NCBI GenBank assembly: GCA_965242865.1
Contig: CBDETK010000013.1
Location: 3,744,001 to 3,808,000 of the forward strand
DNA from: Candidatus Latescibacterota bacterium
GTDB taxonomy: Bacteria; Latescibacterota; UBA2968; UBA8231
Reading direction: 5' to 3'
Length of the DNA stretch: 64,000 bases
A program made the translations under genes and the position numbers. The notes beneath the pieces were generated by a model. It was not told the DNA's origin. It searched no databases and worked only from the letters and a program-made list of their open reading frames with translations. Positions 37,126-46,418 of the stretch are shown one piece after another (positions within the stretch are counted from its first letter, which is position 1; the number at the start of each line of letters is the position of its first letter).

Positions 37126-40100
37126 TCACCGAATTTGGCGAATCTGCTCAATTTTCTTGTCGAGCCGCTTGGGGGAGATCGGGTGGGCAGTGCCCAGCTC
37201 CTGAGCGAAGATCGAGACGCGATATTCCTCCAGCATCCAGCGCAATTCCTCGATTTGCACCGCTCGCTCGGGCGAATTGGCCCCCCCGGCGAGCTGTTCC
37301 AACTGGTTCTGGTACAGCGCGACCAACTCGGCCTTTTGCGCGTCCTTGCGCGGGTCGGTCGCAGCGCGCTCGGTACGCACCTCAACGGCCTTGAGGTAGC
37401 GGCGCAGATGGCTGAGACGGTGGAAGGGAACGCGGGCGAGGAAGTCGTCTGGCAACAGCCGCTCCAAGTCCGCGTCCAGCCCGCGATAGGCCCGGCCCGC
37501 AAGGCGGATTGCCCGACGAGCTTCGAGCAGACTATCGACCAAGGAGATGAAGCGCGGGGCCAAGCCGCGCAGTTGCTTCTTGGCCTGCTCCAGCACCGCG
37601 TCAAAGTCGCGTTGGCGCAGGGGTAGGATTTGCTCGCGGTGGAAGAGATAGCGCTCTAGATGTTCAAACGCTTGGGTTCGCAGTTCGAGGGAACTGCCTT
37701 GGTAGCGCGTCTTAAATTGCGCCAGTTCCTTGAGTTCGCGCCGCAGCCACGCTAGCTCGGCGCGCAACGCCAAGGCGCAGAGGCCCAAAAACCCTTCCCG
37801 CGAGCGGGCTTCGGCTTCGGCGCGGCTTTTGTAGAGCCGCAGCTCAATGCCGCCTTCGGCGCAGCAGAGGCCGGGCCACCCATAAAGCGGCACCCCGCCC
37901 GCTTGGGTCACCTCTACGCGCTCGGGCAGGTCGCCGAAATCCCAGGTAGTGATCCCTTCGCGTTCCCACTGTTGGGCCGCCTTTTTCCAAGCGTCGAGTT
38001 CAACGGGCGCGTCGTGCTGTTCGAGGCGTTGGGTCAGCTGCTGCAAATCGCGGCCGGCCGCGACGGATTGCTCGCCGGTCCCTTGAATCTCGACGCGCAT
38101 CTTGAGGTGGTTGGGCAGGTCGGCCGCGTTCCAGTCCGCCGCTTGGATTTGGACCCGGTAGTGCTGGCGAATGTGATCTTGCAGGGATTCCAAAAAGGTG
38201 GGATGCGTTGGCTTGAGCGCGGCCGCAATGCGCTGGGCCCTTGCGGGAATCGGCACCAGTTGCTTGCGGATGGACTTGGGCAATGAGCGCAGCAGGACGG
38301 TGATCTTGTCTTCGAGCAGGCCCGGCACCAGCCATTCGAGTACTTCTGGATCGACCGCATGGGCCAGCTTGTAGGGCAATTTGACCGTGACGCCGTCCTC
38401 GTCTTGCCCCGGTCGATAGGCGTAGCTCAGCGCTAGTTTTTTGCCGTCGAGGTCGATTGCGTCGGGGAAGGCCTGCTGGTTGAAATCGGCGCGAGGAGTG
38501 CCGAGCAAGTCCTCCTCCGCCATCAGCAGGAAATCGTCGGCTCGGTCTTTGAGGAATCGGTTGAGGTCGTGTAGCGAGGAAACATCGTCGAGACGCTGGG
38601 CATAAAAGCGGGCCGCGGCCTCTTCGACGTGGACATCGGCCAAGCCGCGGGCGCGGGTCTGCCAAGTTTCGATCTTCTGACACAAGCGAATGTTGTGCGC
38701 GAGAAACGGGTGCGGAGTATGCACCGCCCCGGGCACCAACGCCTCGCGAATGAATATCTCGGTGGCCTCGCGGGCGTTGATGCGGCTGTAGGGGATGCGG
38801 CGACTGAGCACTTCGAGGCCGTAGAGGGTCTGCTTTTCCCGCACCAGCACCCGTCCTGAGCGCGGGTTGAAGTAAGGCTGGTCGTACGAAGCGCGGCACA
38901 GGTGGCCGCCTAGCTCGGCGAGCCATTCGGGTTGGATGCGGGCAACCGTGCGGGCGAACAGGCGCGAGGTCTCGACGATCTCGGCCGCAACCAACCAGCC
39001 GGGGGGGCCGCCGCTGTTCGGCTTCTTTCTCTTGTTGGAGCGGAACAGCCCCGAGCCGGGAAAAACCAGCACCTCGCGGTTATGAGTTGCCTGATAGATG
39101 TTGCCCTCCTCTTGGCGCGCCACACTCGAAAGCAGGCCGGTGAGCACTGAGCGGTGAATCGCGTCGTACCCGGCGGGTTTTAGGTTGAAGCGAAAGCCTT
39201 TGGTTTCGCTCAGGGTCTCGCGGAGCTGCGAGTGGATGTCGCGCCATTCGCGCATCCGCAGGTACGAGAGGTAGTGCGCCTTGCAGAATTTGCGGAGCTG
39301 GTTCTGGGAGGTGCTTTCCACTTTGGCGTGGTAGGCGTTCCAGATGTTGAGATAGGCTAGGAAATCGGAGTTTTTGTCGTGGAACCGGCGGTGGGTATGA
39401 TCAGCCGCATCCTGCTCTTCGAGAGGCCGCTCGCGCGGGTCTTGAATGCTGATGGCCGCGGCGATGACGAGCACTTGGGAAAGGGCGCGCTCCTCGCGGG
39501 CTTGGAGCAGCATCCGCGAGACTGTGGGGTCAATGGGCAGGCGCGCCATGGCGCGGCCAATGGGAGTGAGGGCGCGGTTTTCGTCGAGGGCGTTGAGCTG
39601 GCGCAGGAGTTGGAAACCGCCGGCAATAGCGGCTTTGGTCGGGGGGTCGATAAAGGGAAAAGCCTCAATCGCTCCCAACTTGAGATGGATCATCCGCAGG
39701 ATAACTTCGGCGAGATTGGCGCGCTGGATCTCGGGCTGGGTGTATTCGGGCCGCGAGAGAAAGTCTTGCTCCGAGTACAGGCGAATGCACACCCCATCCG
39801 CGACCCGCCCACAGCGCCCCTCCCGTTGGCGGGCGCTGCTCTGGGCGATCGGTTCGATGGGCAAGCGCTGAGTGTGGGTGCGGGGATTGTAGCGCGACAG
39901 CCGCGCCAAGCCCGGATCTACGACGTAGCGGATGCGGGGGATGGTCAGGGAAGTTTCGGCGATGTTGGTGGCCAACACCACGCGGCGGCGGTCTCCCGGA
40001 GCAAAGACGCGCTGCTGCTCCCCGGCAGTGAGGCGGCCAAACAGCGGCAGGATCTCGACGCCGCGCAGCTTGCGCCCTTCGAGCCGCTCGCGGGTCTCGC

Positions 40101-41007
40101 GAATATCGCGCTCGGACGGCAGAAAGACTAAGAGGTCGCCCTGCCGCGACGTACGCAAAATTTCTTCTACTGCGCTGGCGGCCGCGTCCAAATACGTGTA
40201 GTCGCCGCGATCCTGCAGGAGCTCGTCGAGCGGCCAATAGCGGACCTCAACCGGAAACATCCGGCCCGAGACTTCGATGACCGGGGCGTCGTCAAAGGCT
40301 TTAGCGAAGGTTTCGGTATCGATGGTAGCCGAGGTAATGACGATCTTGAGATCGGGCCGCTTGCGGCGGAGGAGCCGCAAATAGCCGAGCAGGAAGTCGA
40401 TGTTGAGGCTGCGCTCGTGGGCCTCATCTACAATAATGGTGTCGTATTCGAGCAGATCGGGATCGGCTTGGGTCTCGGCGAGCAGCATGCCGTCGGTCAT
40501 GACCTTGATGCAGGTCTCGGGGGCCGTCTGGTCGCGGAAGCGGATTTTGCAGCCCACGTCGCGGCCGTAGGAGACGCCCAGTTCCTCGGCGATGCGCTGA
40601 GCGATAGAGAGCGCGGCCACGCGCCGCGGCTGGGTGACGGCGATGCGGCCGGCGTCGCCCCGACCGGCCGCTAAGCAAATTTTGGGCAGTTGGGTGCTCT
40701 TGCCCGAGCCGGTCTCGCCGGCGGCGACGACGACCGGGTGTGCTTGGACCGCCGCGAGGATTTCGTCCCGGCGGTCGCTGATGGGCAGCGCGGGTGGGTA
40801 GGTGGGGACAGGGCGATTTTCGCGTCGCTGCACGCGCAGGTGCGCCGAACTGCGCGCACGGCCTAAGAGGCACTCAACATCTTCGGAGCTAAGGTTCCGG
40901 CGGTTCAGGCTCCGTTCAATGCGCACCCGATCTTGGAGCATACACTGCGGCAGGAGGGTTTTAAGCGCAGTGACGGGGTGCGGTCTATTAGGCGATTGAT
41001 TCAACAT
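37126..41007 (-). CDS. hrpA: ATP-dependent RNA helicase HrpA
   Basis: GETGSGKSTQLPK, TQPRR, DEAH, SAT, ATNIAETSLTI, QREGRCGR, C-terminal RWMLEEYRVSIFAQELGT. Confidence 0.95.
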   Translation of the reverse strand: MLNQSPNRPHPVTALKTLLPQCMLQDRVRIERSLNRRNLSSEDVECLLGRARSSAHLRVQRRENRPVPTYPPALPISDRRDEILAAVQAHPVVVAAGETGSGKSTQLPKICLAAGRGDAGRIAVTQPRRVAALSIAQRIAEELGVSYGRDVGCKIRFRDQTAPETCIKVMTDGMLLAETQADPDLLEYDTIIVDEAHERSLNIDFLLGYLRLLRRKRPDLKIVITSATIDTETFAKAFDDAPVIEVSGRMFPVEVRYWPLDELLQDRGDYTYLDAAASAVEEILRTSRQGDLLVFLPSERDIRETRERLEGRKLRGVEILPLFGRLTAGEQQRVFAPGDRRRVVLATNIAETSLTIPRIRYVVDPGLARLSRYNPRTHTQRLPIEPIAQSSARQREGRCGRVADGVCIRLYSEQDFLSRPEYTQPEIQRANLAEVILRMIHLKLGAIEAFPFIDPPTKAAIAGGFQLLRQLNALDENRALTPIGRAMARLPIDPTVSRMLLQAREERALSQVLVIAAAISIQDPRERPLEEQDAADHTHRRFHDKNSDFLAYLNIWNAYHAKVESTSQNQLRKFCKAHYLSYLRMREWRDIHSQLRETLSETKGFRFNLKPAGYDAIHRSVLTGLLSSVARQEEGNIYQATHNREVLVFPGSGLFRSNKRKKPNSGGPPGWLVAAEIVETSRLFARTVARIQPEWLAELGGHLCRASYDQPYFNPRSGRVLVREKQTLYGLEVLSRRIPYSRINAREATEIFIREALVPGAVHTPHPFLAHNIRLCQKIETWQTRARGLADVHVEEAAARFYAQRLDDVSSLHDLNRFLKDRADDFLLMAEEDLLGTPRADFNQQAFPDAIDLDGKKLALSYAYRPGQDEDGVTVKLPYKLAHAVDPEVLEWLVPGLLEDKITVLLRSLPKSIRKQLVPIPARAQRIAAALKPTHPTFLESLQDHIRQHYRVQIQAADWNAADLPNHLKMRVEIQGTGEQSVAAGRDLQQLTQRLEQHDAPVELDAWKKAAQQWEREGITTWDFGDLPERVEVTQAGGVPLYGWPGLCCAEGGIELRLYKSRAEAEARSREGFLGLCALALRAELAWLRRELKELAQFKTRYQGSSLELRTQAFEHLERYLFHREQILPLRQRDFDAVLEQAKKQLRGLAPRFISLVDSLLEARRAIRLAGRAYRGLDADLERLLPDDFLARVPFHRLSHLRRYLKAVEVRTERAATDPRKDAQKAELVALYQNQLEQLAGGANSPERAVQIEELRWMLEEYRVSIFAQELGTAHPISPKRLDKKIEQIRQIR

Positions 41008-41068
41008 TTACAAGGAGTTACGGCGTTTGTGCTGGCCCGAAAAATGTACGGCCGGAGCCGCATAGTAG

Positions 41069-41323
41069 CAATACGAGAGCGAGGACGCCCTATTTGCCGC
41101 CAGCCTAGCTTGGAAAACCCATCGCAAGCGGCGAGGAGACGAATGGTGCTGTGCGGCATGTGAAGGGCAATGCGCTCAGTGTGGTGCGCGACTGCGCGGT
41201 CGGCAGCACATCGTCAGCGACTTTCTCATCGGCGCCCACGCCCTGCACCAAGCCGATCGGCTGTTGAGCCGAGATCGTGGGTTTTACGCGACGTACTTTG
41301 GGGAATTGACGCTAATGGCCTAA
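41069..41323 (+). pseudogene. 5'-truncated PIN/VapC toxin remnant with Cys-rich insert
   Basis: Frame after TAG at 41066 reads QYESEDALFAASLAWKTHRKRRGDEWCCAACEGQCAQCGARLRGRQHIVSDFLIGAHALHQADRLLSRDRGFYATYF...*; no start codon or N-terminal half. Confidence 0.7.
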
Positions 41324-42588
41324 GCGTCCGAGCACCACAGCCGCGGGATCGGGCTGGTGTCTTGGCGCTCGGGCAGACGCCAGTATTCGGCTTCTATTGG
41401 GATTTCCTGCAAGTGCGGGCAAGTCATGCCGTGGCGGTCCCACACCACTTCGCCCGCCCGCAGGGTCAGGGCACATTCGAGGCGGTGTCGGGCTTCGATG
41501 CAGGCCCAGCCGCAGTCGCGAAAGTAGAAGTTGCCCTCGAGGACGCCCAGCACGGCGATGTTGGCCTCAGAACCGGGCGTCAAAGTCCCCAACTCGGGCC
41601 GGCGAATGGCTCGGGCCGGCGTGACAGTGGAGCGGTAGATCACTTCTTGTAAGGGCATGTCCATGGCCAAGCACTTGGACATGGTGTCGAGCATGGAGTG
41701 AACGTGGCCGTTGATATTGCCTAGATGCAGGTCGGTGCTAATGGAATCGGGTGGAAAGCCATCGTCGATGGCTGGCATGGCGGCGCGATACCAGAAGCTG
41801 GCCGCTCCGTGGCCGAGGTCGAAGTGGACGCCCTTTTGCCGCGCCTGTCGCATGTAGTCGTACACCGCGCCGCTTTCGTCGATGACCGGGAACTGGCGGG
41901 CAAAGACGTGGGTGTGGATGTCGCCGGGGCGCAGGTGCTCGAGGAGGAGATCGGGATAGGAGCGCTCGGGCGGGCGCGGCCAAAAGTCAACCATCACCGG
42001 CATTTTACAGCGCTCGCCGGCCTCGACAGCCGCATCCACCGAGGCCCAAGGCGGGTGCTCGTCGTCAAAGGGCTTGGTGGTCCAATAGTGGGCGGTCTTG
42101 ATGCCGACGCACACATCGTCGTGGGCCGCGGCCATCTCGGCCGCTTGCTGCGGGTCGAGGTTGGCGACGACTTGTTCGGGCGGCCCCATGCCCGGGGCGG
42201 CGATGTTGATATAGGCGAACATGCGAATTTTGGAGCGGTTGATCACCGTCGTGCGGAAGTGCTCAAACTCCTCGGCCCCGGCCGTGCCCGTATCGACGCA
42301 GGCGGTAACCCCTTCTTTGAGGAAGTGGGCGTCGGCGTGGAGGCTGCCCACCAAGCCGCCCGATTGGCGGGCGCGGGTGTGATAGGTATGGACGTGGATG
42401 TCGATTAAGCCCGGCACGACGACCAGATTGCCCACGTCGATGACGCAATGGGCCTCGGCGGTGGGGATGTCCTGTTCGACGCGGGCGATGCGACCATCGA
42501 GTACGCCGACATCGGAGACGCCGTCCATGGCGTTGGCCGGGTCGATTACGTGGCCGCCTTTGAGCAACATTTCGAGCTTGCGGGGCAT
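41320..42588 (-). CDS. Amidohydrolase/deacetylase (dihydroorotase-like) metallohydrolase
   Basis: LKGGHVIDP, PGLIDIHVH, DTGTAG, LRPGDIHTH, FDLGHG, SISTDLH. Confidence 0.85.
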   Translation of the reverse strand: MPRKLEMLLKGGHVIDPANAMDGVSDVGVLDGRIARVEQDIPTAEAHCVIDVGNLVVVPGLIDIHVHTYHTRARQSGGLVGSLHADAHFLKEGVTACVDTGTAGAEEFEHFRTTVINRSKIRMFAYINIAAPGMGPPEQVVANLDPQQAAEMAAAHDDVCVGIKTAHYWTTKPFDDEHPPWASVDAAVEAGERCKMPVMVDFWPRPPERSYPDLLLEHLRPGDIHTHVFARQFPVIDESGAVYDYMRQARQKGVHFDLGHGAASFWYRAAMPAIDDGFPPDSISTDLHLGNINGHVHSMLDTMSKCLAMDMPLQEVIYRSTVTPARAIRRPELGTLTPGSEANIAVLGVLEGNFYFRDCGWACIEARHRLECALTLRAGEVVWDRHGMTCPHLQEIPIEAEYWRLPERQDTSPIPRLWCSDA

Positions 42589-42621
42589 GGCTTTTTCGTT
42601 TCAGATTAGGGCGATAATCAA

Positions 42622-42689
42622 AAAATAGGCTGGCCCAAAAGGAGGGTCAAATGGGGTTATTGACAATGGTTAGATGCTTGGGTTACAAT
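42622..42689. promoter_or_regulatory. Divergent sigma70 promoters (amidohydrolase / nfeD operon)
   Basis: Plus strand TTGACA(42660)-N18-TACAAT; minus strand TTGACC(42650)-N17-TATTTT. Confidence 0.6.
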
Positions 42690-42728
42690 CTATACCCTTA
42701 TATCTTCATACAATTTACAATTTAGCTC

Positions 42729-44048
42729 ATGCGCCATCTTATCTATACACTTCTAATTTTGTCGGCGGGCAGCGCTCAAGCTCAGACCGTCTATCGCGTC
42801 CACCTCAAGCTAGAGGGCATGATTGACCCGGGCGTGGCGGCCTTTGCCGAGCGCGTGGTCGCCGAGGCCGACGAGACCGCGGCCGCGGCCATCATCTTTG
42901 AGATCGACACCTTTGGCGGGCGCGTCGATGCGGCCGCTGTGATTCGCGACGCCATCCTCGACGCCGAGACCTTGACCATCGCCTTTATCAATAAGCGGGC
43001 GATTTCGGCCGGGGCCCTCATCTCGCTGGCCTGCGATAAGATCGTCATGACGCAAGCCTCGACCATGGGCGCGACCACCCCGGTTGATGCCACGGGCACC
43101 AAGGCCAGCGACAAGGTGACCTCCTATATGCGCGCCGAGATGCGCGCCACGGCCGAGCGCACCGGCCGCAACGTCAAGATCGCCGAGGCCATGGTGGACG
43201 AGCGCGTCGAGGTCCCGGGCCTGAGTGCCGAAGCGGGCCGGCCGGCCACCTTGACCACCGAGCAGGCACTCAACTACCAGATGGCCGACGAGACAGCCGA
43301 GACCTTGATCGAGCTGTTGCGCATCTACGATCTAGGCGAGGCCGAAATCGTGGAGGTCGAGCTCAACTGGGCCGAGCACGTCTTGCGCCTGCTGACCCAC
43401 CCCATTGTCACCTCGATTTTGCTCGCCGTAGCCATGTTCGGCTTAATCGCCGAGGTCCGCACCCCCGGTTGGGGCTTGGGCGGGACCCTCGCGCTGGTGG
43501 CACTGGGGCTTTTCTTCGGCAGCCACCTGATCGTCCACTTGGCAAAGTGGCAGGAGCTCGCGCTCTTTGCCGTGGGCGCGACGCTTTTAATCGTCGAGCT
43601 GGTGGCCATTCCGGGCTTTGGCATCGTGGGCGTGTTGGGTATCGGGGCGATGATCGCGAGCGTGGTGATTACTCAATTGGGCGATTTTCAGTTGTGGAGT
43701 TTCGACGAAATCGTCTCAGTGATCGGGCGTCTCGCCGGCTCGATGATCGGCGCATTTGTACTCTCGCTCATCGTTTTGCGCTCCCTGCCCAAGTTCGCCG
43801 TCTTCAACCGCCTAGTACTCCACAACGAAATCAAGGCCGCCGACGGGTACACCGCTTCCTCGCGCAAGACCGACGAGGAGCTGTTGGGCAAGGAGGGGGT
43901 CACGGTCAGTTACCTGCGGCCCTCGGGCATCGCCCTGTTTGAGGGCCAGCGGCTCACCGTGATTGCCGAGGGCGAATTCATCGAGGCGCAGCGGCCCATC
44001 AAAGTCGTCGAAGCCCGCGGCAGCCGAGTGGTGGTGAAGGCGCTATGA
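42729..44048 (+). CDS. nfeD: Long NfeD (YqeZ-like) membrane serine protease
   Basis: IDTFGGRVDAA, AISAGALI, MRATAE..IAEAMVD, TM block, C-terminal LRPSG OB-fold. Confidence 0.9.
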   Translation: MRHLIYTLLILSAGSAQAQTVYRVHLKLEGMIDPGVAAFAERVVAEADETAAAAIIFEIDTFGGRVDAAAVIRDAILDAETLTIAFINKRAISAGALISLACDKIVMTQASTMGATTPVDATGTKASDKVTSYMRAEMRATAERTGRNVKIAEAMVDERVEVPGLSAEAGRPATLTTEQALNYQMADETAETLIELLRIYDLGEAEIVEVELNWAEHVLRLLTHPIVTSILLAVAMFGLIAEVRTPGWGLGGTLALVALGLFFGSHLIVHLAKWQELALFAVGATLLIVELVAIPGFGIVGVLGIGAMIASVVITQLGDFQLWSFDEIVSVIGRLAGSMIGAFVLSLIVLRSLPKFAVFNRLVLHNEIKAADGYTASSRKTDEELLGKEGVTVSYLRPSGIALFEGQRLTVIAEGEFIEAQRPIKVVEARGSRVVVKAL

Positions 44049-44554
44049 GCTTTCTCGGAGGAGAGGTATTGGAATGGGTTTATTCGCTGGCCCTGCTCGT
44101 GCTCGGCTTTGCGCTGGTGCTCTTGGAAATTTTCGTGATTCCGGGGCTCAACATCTTCGGCATTGTTGGTTTTCTGACCGCCGTCGCCGGCATTGGCTAT
44201 GCGTACGTAAACATGGGCAGCTTGGCGGCTGGAGTCGTGGCGGCCTTGGGGCTTGCGGGGACCGCCATCCTAGTGAGACAGATGCTCAAGGTCCGCGCTT
44301 GGAACCGCTTGGTGCTCAACGACGGCATGACGCGCAAGGCCGGCTACGATTCGGTCAAGCCCGGCCGCGAGGCGTTGCTCGGGCAGACGGGCGAGGCGGT
44401 CACCACGCTGCGGCCGGCAGGGCGGGCGCAATTTGGCGAGCGGGTAGTCGACGTAGTCAGCGAAGGTGGCTATATTGAACGCGGCGAGCAGGTCGAGGTA
44501 TTAAAAGTGGCTGGCAACAGAGTAGTGGTTCAGTCCGTTCACTCCGAGCCTTAG
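44045..44554 (+). CDS. Short NfeD family protein
   Basis: LEIFVIPG, TM helices, TTLRPAG..DVVSEG. Confidence 0.85.
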   Translation: MSFLGGEVLEWVYSLALLVLGFALVLLEIFVIPGLNIFGIVGFLTAVAGIGYAYVNMGSLAAGVVAALGLAGTAILVRQMLKVRAWNRLVLNDGMTRKAGYDSVKPGREALLGQTGEAVTTLRPAGRAQFGERVVDVVSEGGYIERGEQVEVLKVAGNRVVVQSVHSEP

Positions 44555-44578
44555 TTTACTCCCTTCAAGGAGCTAATA

Positions 44579-45559
44579 ATGGAAGTCCTATTTTTAGTCT
44601 TGGTGCTTTTTGGCATCATCGTCTTTTTGTCGCTCTTTACGTATTTCATTCCGGTGGGGCTGTGGATTTCGGCTTACTTCGCCGGCGTCCGAGTGGGGAT
44701 CTTCAAGGACTTGGTGGGTATGCGGCTGCGCAAGGTGCCACCGCGCCAGATTGTCGGCCCCAAGATCAGCGCCACGAAGGCGGGGTTGGATGTCGGCTTA
44801 GAGAGCATGGAAGCGCACTACTTGGCCGGCGGCAACGTCAACGCGGTGATTTTGGCCCTGATCTCGGCCGACAAAGCCAACATCGATCTGAGTTTTGAGC
44901 GTGCGGCCAGCATTGACTTGGCCGGCCGCGATGTGCTCGACGCGGTCAAAGTCAGCGTCAATCCCAAGGTGATCAACACGCCCCTGATTGCGGCGATCGC
45001 CAAAGACGGCATTCAGGTCAAGGCCACCTGCCGAGTGACCGTGCGCGCCAATATCGACCGCTTGGTCGGCGGCGCTGGCGAGGAGACGATCATCGCCCGC
45101 GTCGGCGAAGGGATCGTCACTACCATTGGATCGGCGACGACGCACAAAGAGGTACTCGAAAATCCCGATCTGATCTCCCGCCGGGTGCTGGAAAAGGGCC
45201 TCGACTCAGAAACGGCCTTTGAAATCCTCTCCATCGACATCGCCGATGTTGACGTCGGCGAAAACATCGGCGCCAAACTACAGACCGATCAGGCGGACGC
45301 CGATCTCAAAATCGCCCAAGCCAAGGCCGAGGAACGTCGCGCCATGGCCCAAGCACGCGAGCAGGAGATGACCGCTCAAGTCGTAGAGATGGAGTCGCGA
45401 GTCAAGGAAGCCGAGGCCGAGGTGCCGCGCGCCATGGCTCAAGCCTTCCGCGAGGGCAACTTGGGCGTGATGGACTACTACCGCATGCGCAATATCCAAG
45501 CCGACACGGATATGCGCGACTCGATTTCCGAAGGCGACGGGGAACGCGACAACAACTAG
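44579..45559 (+). CDS. floA: Flotillin-like protein FloA
   Basis: [52 protein letters not shown]. Confidence 0.95.
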   Translation: MEVLFLVLVLFGIIVFLSLFTYFIPVGLWISAYFAGVRVGIFKDLVGMRLRKVPPRQIVGPKISATKAGLDVGLESMEAHYLAGGNVNAVILALISADKANIDLSFERAASIDLAGRDVLDAVKVSVNPKVINTPLIAAIAKDGIQVKATCRVTVRANIDRLVGGAGEETIIARVGEGIVTTIGSATTHKEVLENPDLISRRVLEKGLDSETAFEILSIDIADVDVGENIGAKLQTDQADADLKIAQAKAEERRAMAQAREQEMTAQVVEMESRVKEAEAEVPRAMAQAFREGNLGVMDYYRMRNIQADTDMRDSISEGDGERDNN

Positions 45560-45562
45560 GCC

Positions 45563-46018
45563 ATGGAAGTCCTACTCTTTATCCTCGCCATACTGTTCAG
45601 CGTGTTTTCGGCGCTGATGGAGCGTCGCCGGCGTCGCAAACAGCTTGAAGAGGCGCAACAACAGCACGCCGAGGTCCAGCCGGCCAAGCCCGTTGTCGCC
45701 GAGCAGGAAGAAGAGCCGGCCTTTGGGTGGCCTTTTGATGGCGATCCTTTTGAGGAGCCAGTTCCAGCGGAGGTGGAGGCTGATCCGGTCGAGGCTGAAC
45801 GGGAGGCCCTAGAAGCCGAGCGAGCGGCACTAGCGGTTGAGCGGCGCACTGTGGCGGCCGAGCGGCAGGCCCTGGAGCGACTGATGGAGCCTAGGCCCGC
45901 GGCGCGGCGGCCTCGTCGCGCTCGGAACCGTTGGTTCCTCAATCCTCAGACGGCGCGCGACGCGATTATCTATATGGAAATCCTCGGCAAGCCCAAGAGC
46001 GAACGAGAGGAGTGGTAA
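45563..46018 (+). CDS. Membrane-anchored protein (YqfB-like position in the floA operon)
   Basis: N-terminal TM; C-terminal ARDAIIYMEILGKP. Confidence 0.65.
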   Translation: MEVLLFILAILFSVFSALMERRRRRKQLEEAQQQHAEVQPAKPVVAEQEEEPAFGWPFDGDPFEEPVPAEVEADPVEAEREALEAERAALAVERRTVAAERQALERLMEPRPAARRPRRARNRWFLNPQTARDAIIYMEILGKPKSEREEW

Positions 46019-46032
46019 ATGGAAATGGTATA

Positions 46033-46119
46033 GCCGGAGTGGCGGAATTGGTAGACGCGCTGGATTCAAAATCCTGTATCCGCAAGGGTGTGTGGGTTCG
46101 AGTCCCACCTCCGGCACCA
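46033..46119 (+). tRNA. tRNA-Leu(CAA)
   Basis: GCCGGAG acceptor stem, D-loop GGAATTGGTAGAC, anticodon loop TTCAAAA, long variable arm, GGTTCGAGTCC, 3' ACCA. Confidence 0.95.
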
Positions 46120-46139
46120 TTTTTACGAACCATTACACG

Positions 46140-46169
46140 CTAGCGATGCGGAGCTGCTCGCATCGCTAG
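46140..46169 (+). terminator. Hairpin downstream of the tRNA
   Basis: CTAGCGATGCG-8nt-CGCATCGCTAG 11-bp stem; no clear U-tract. Confidence 0.45.
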
Positions 46170-46259
46170 TACCCTCCGTTCCCTTTGCACTGCCTCCTCA
46201 TCTACCGAAAGCTCAATTTTTCGCACCCACCCAAGAGCCCCGAAAGGAGATAAACCGCC

Positions 46260-46418
46260 GTGACCTCTCCAGAAATAAGGCGTCTCCTCGACATCATCTC
46301 GGTACTCGTGCTGCTGATTGTAATTCCAGCGTACATCTTCTGCCGCCTCGGCCTCATCCTGCTGGTTGCCGTTCCGACGGCGTACATCTTCTGCCGCCTA
46401 AAGAACGGAGAGAGATGA
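46260..46418 (+). CDS. Small (52 aa) hydrophobic protein with internal duplication (not in ORF track)
   Basis: AAGGAG RBS, GTG start, MTSPEIRRLLDIISVLVLLIVIPAYIFCRLGLILLVAVPTAYIFCRLKNGER; ATGA overlap with the next gene. Confidence 0.6.
   Translation: MTSPEIRRLLDIISVLVLLIVIPAYIFCRLGLILLVAVPTAYIFCRLKNGER

Noticed and set aside
46033-46200. tRNA-Leu as an integration site
   Set aside because: No integrase and no second copy of the tRNA 3' end seen; downstream genes have host-like composition.
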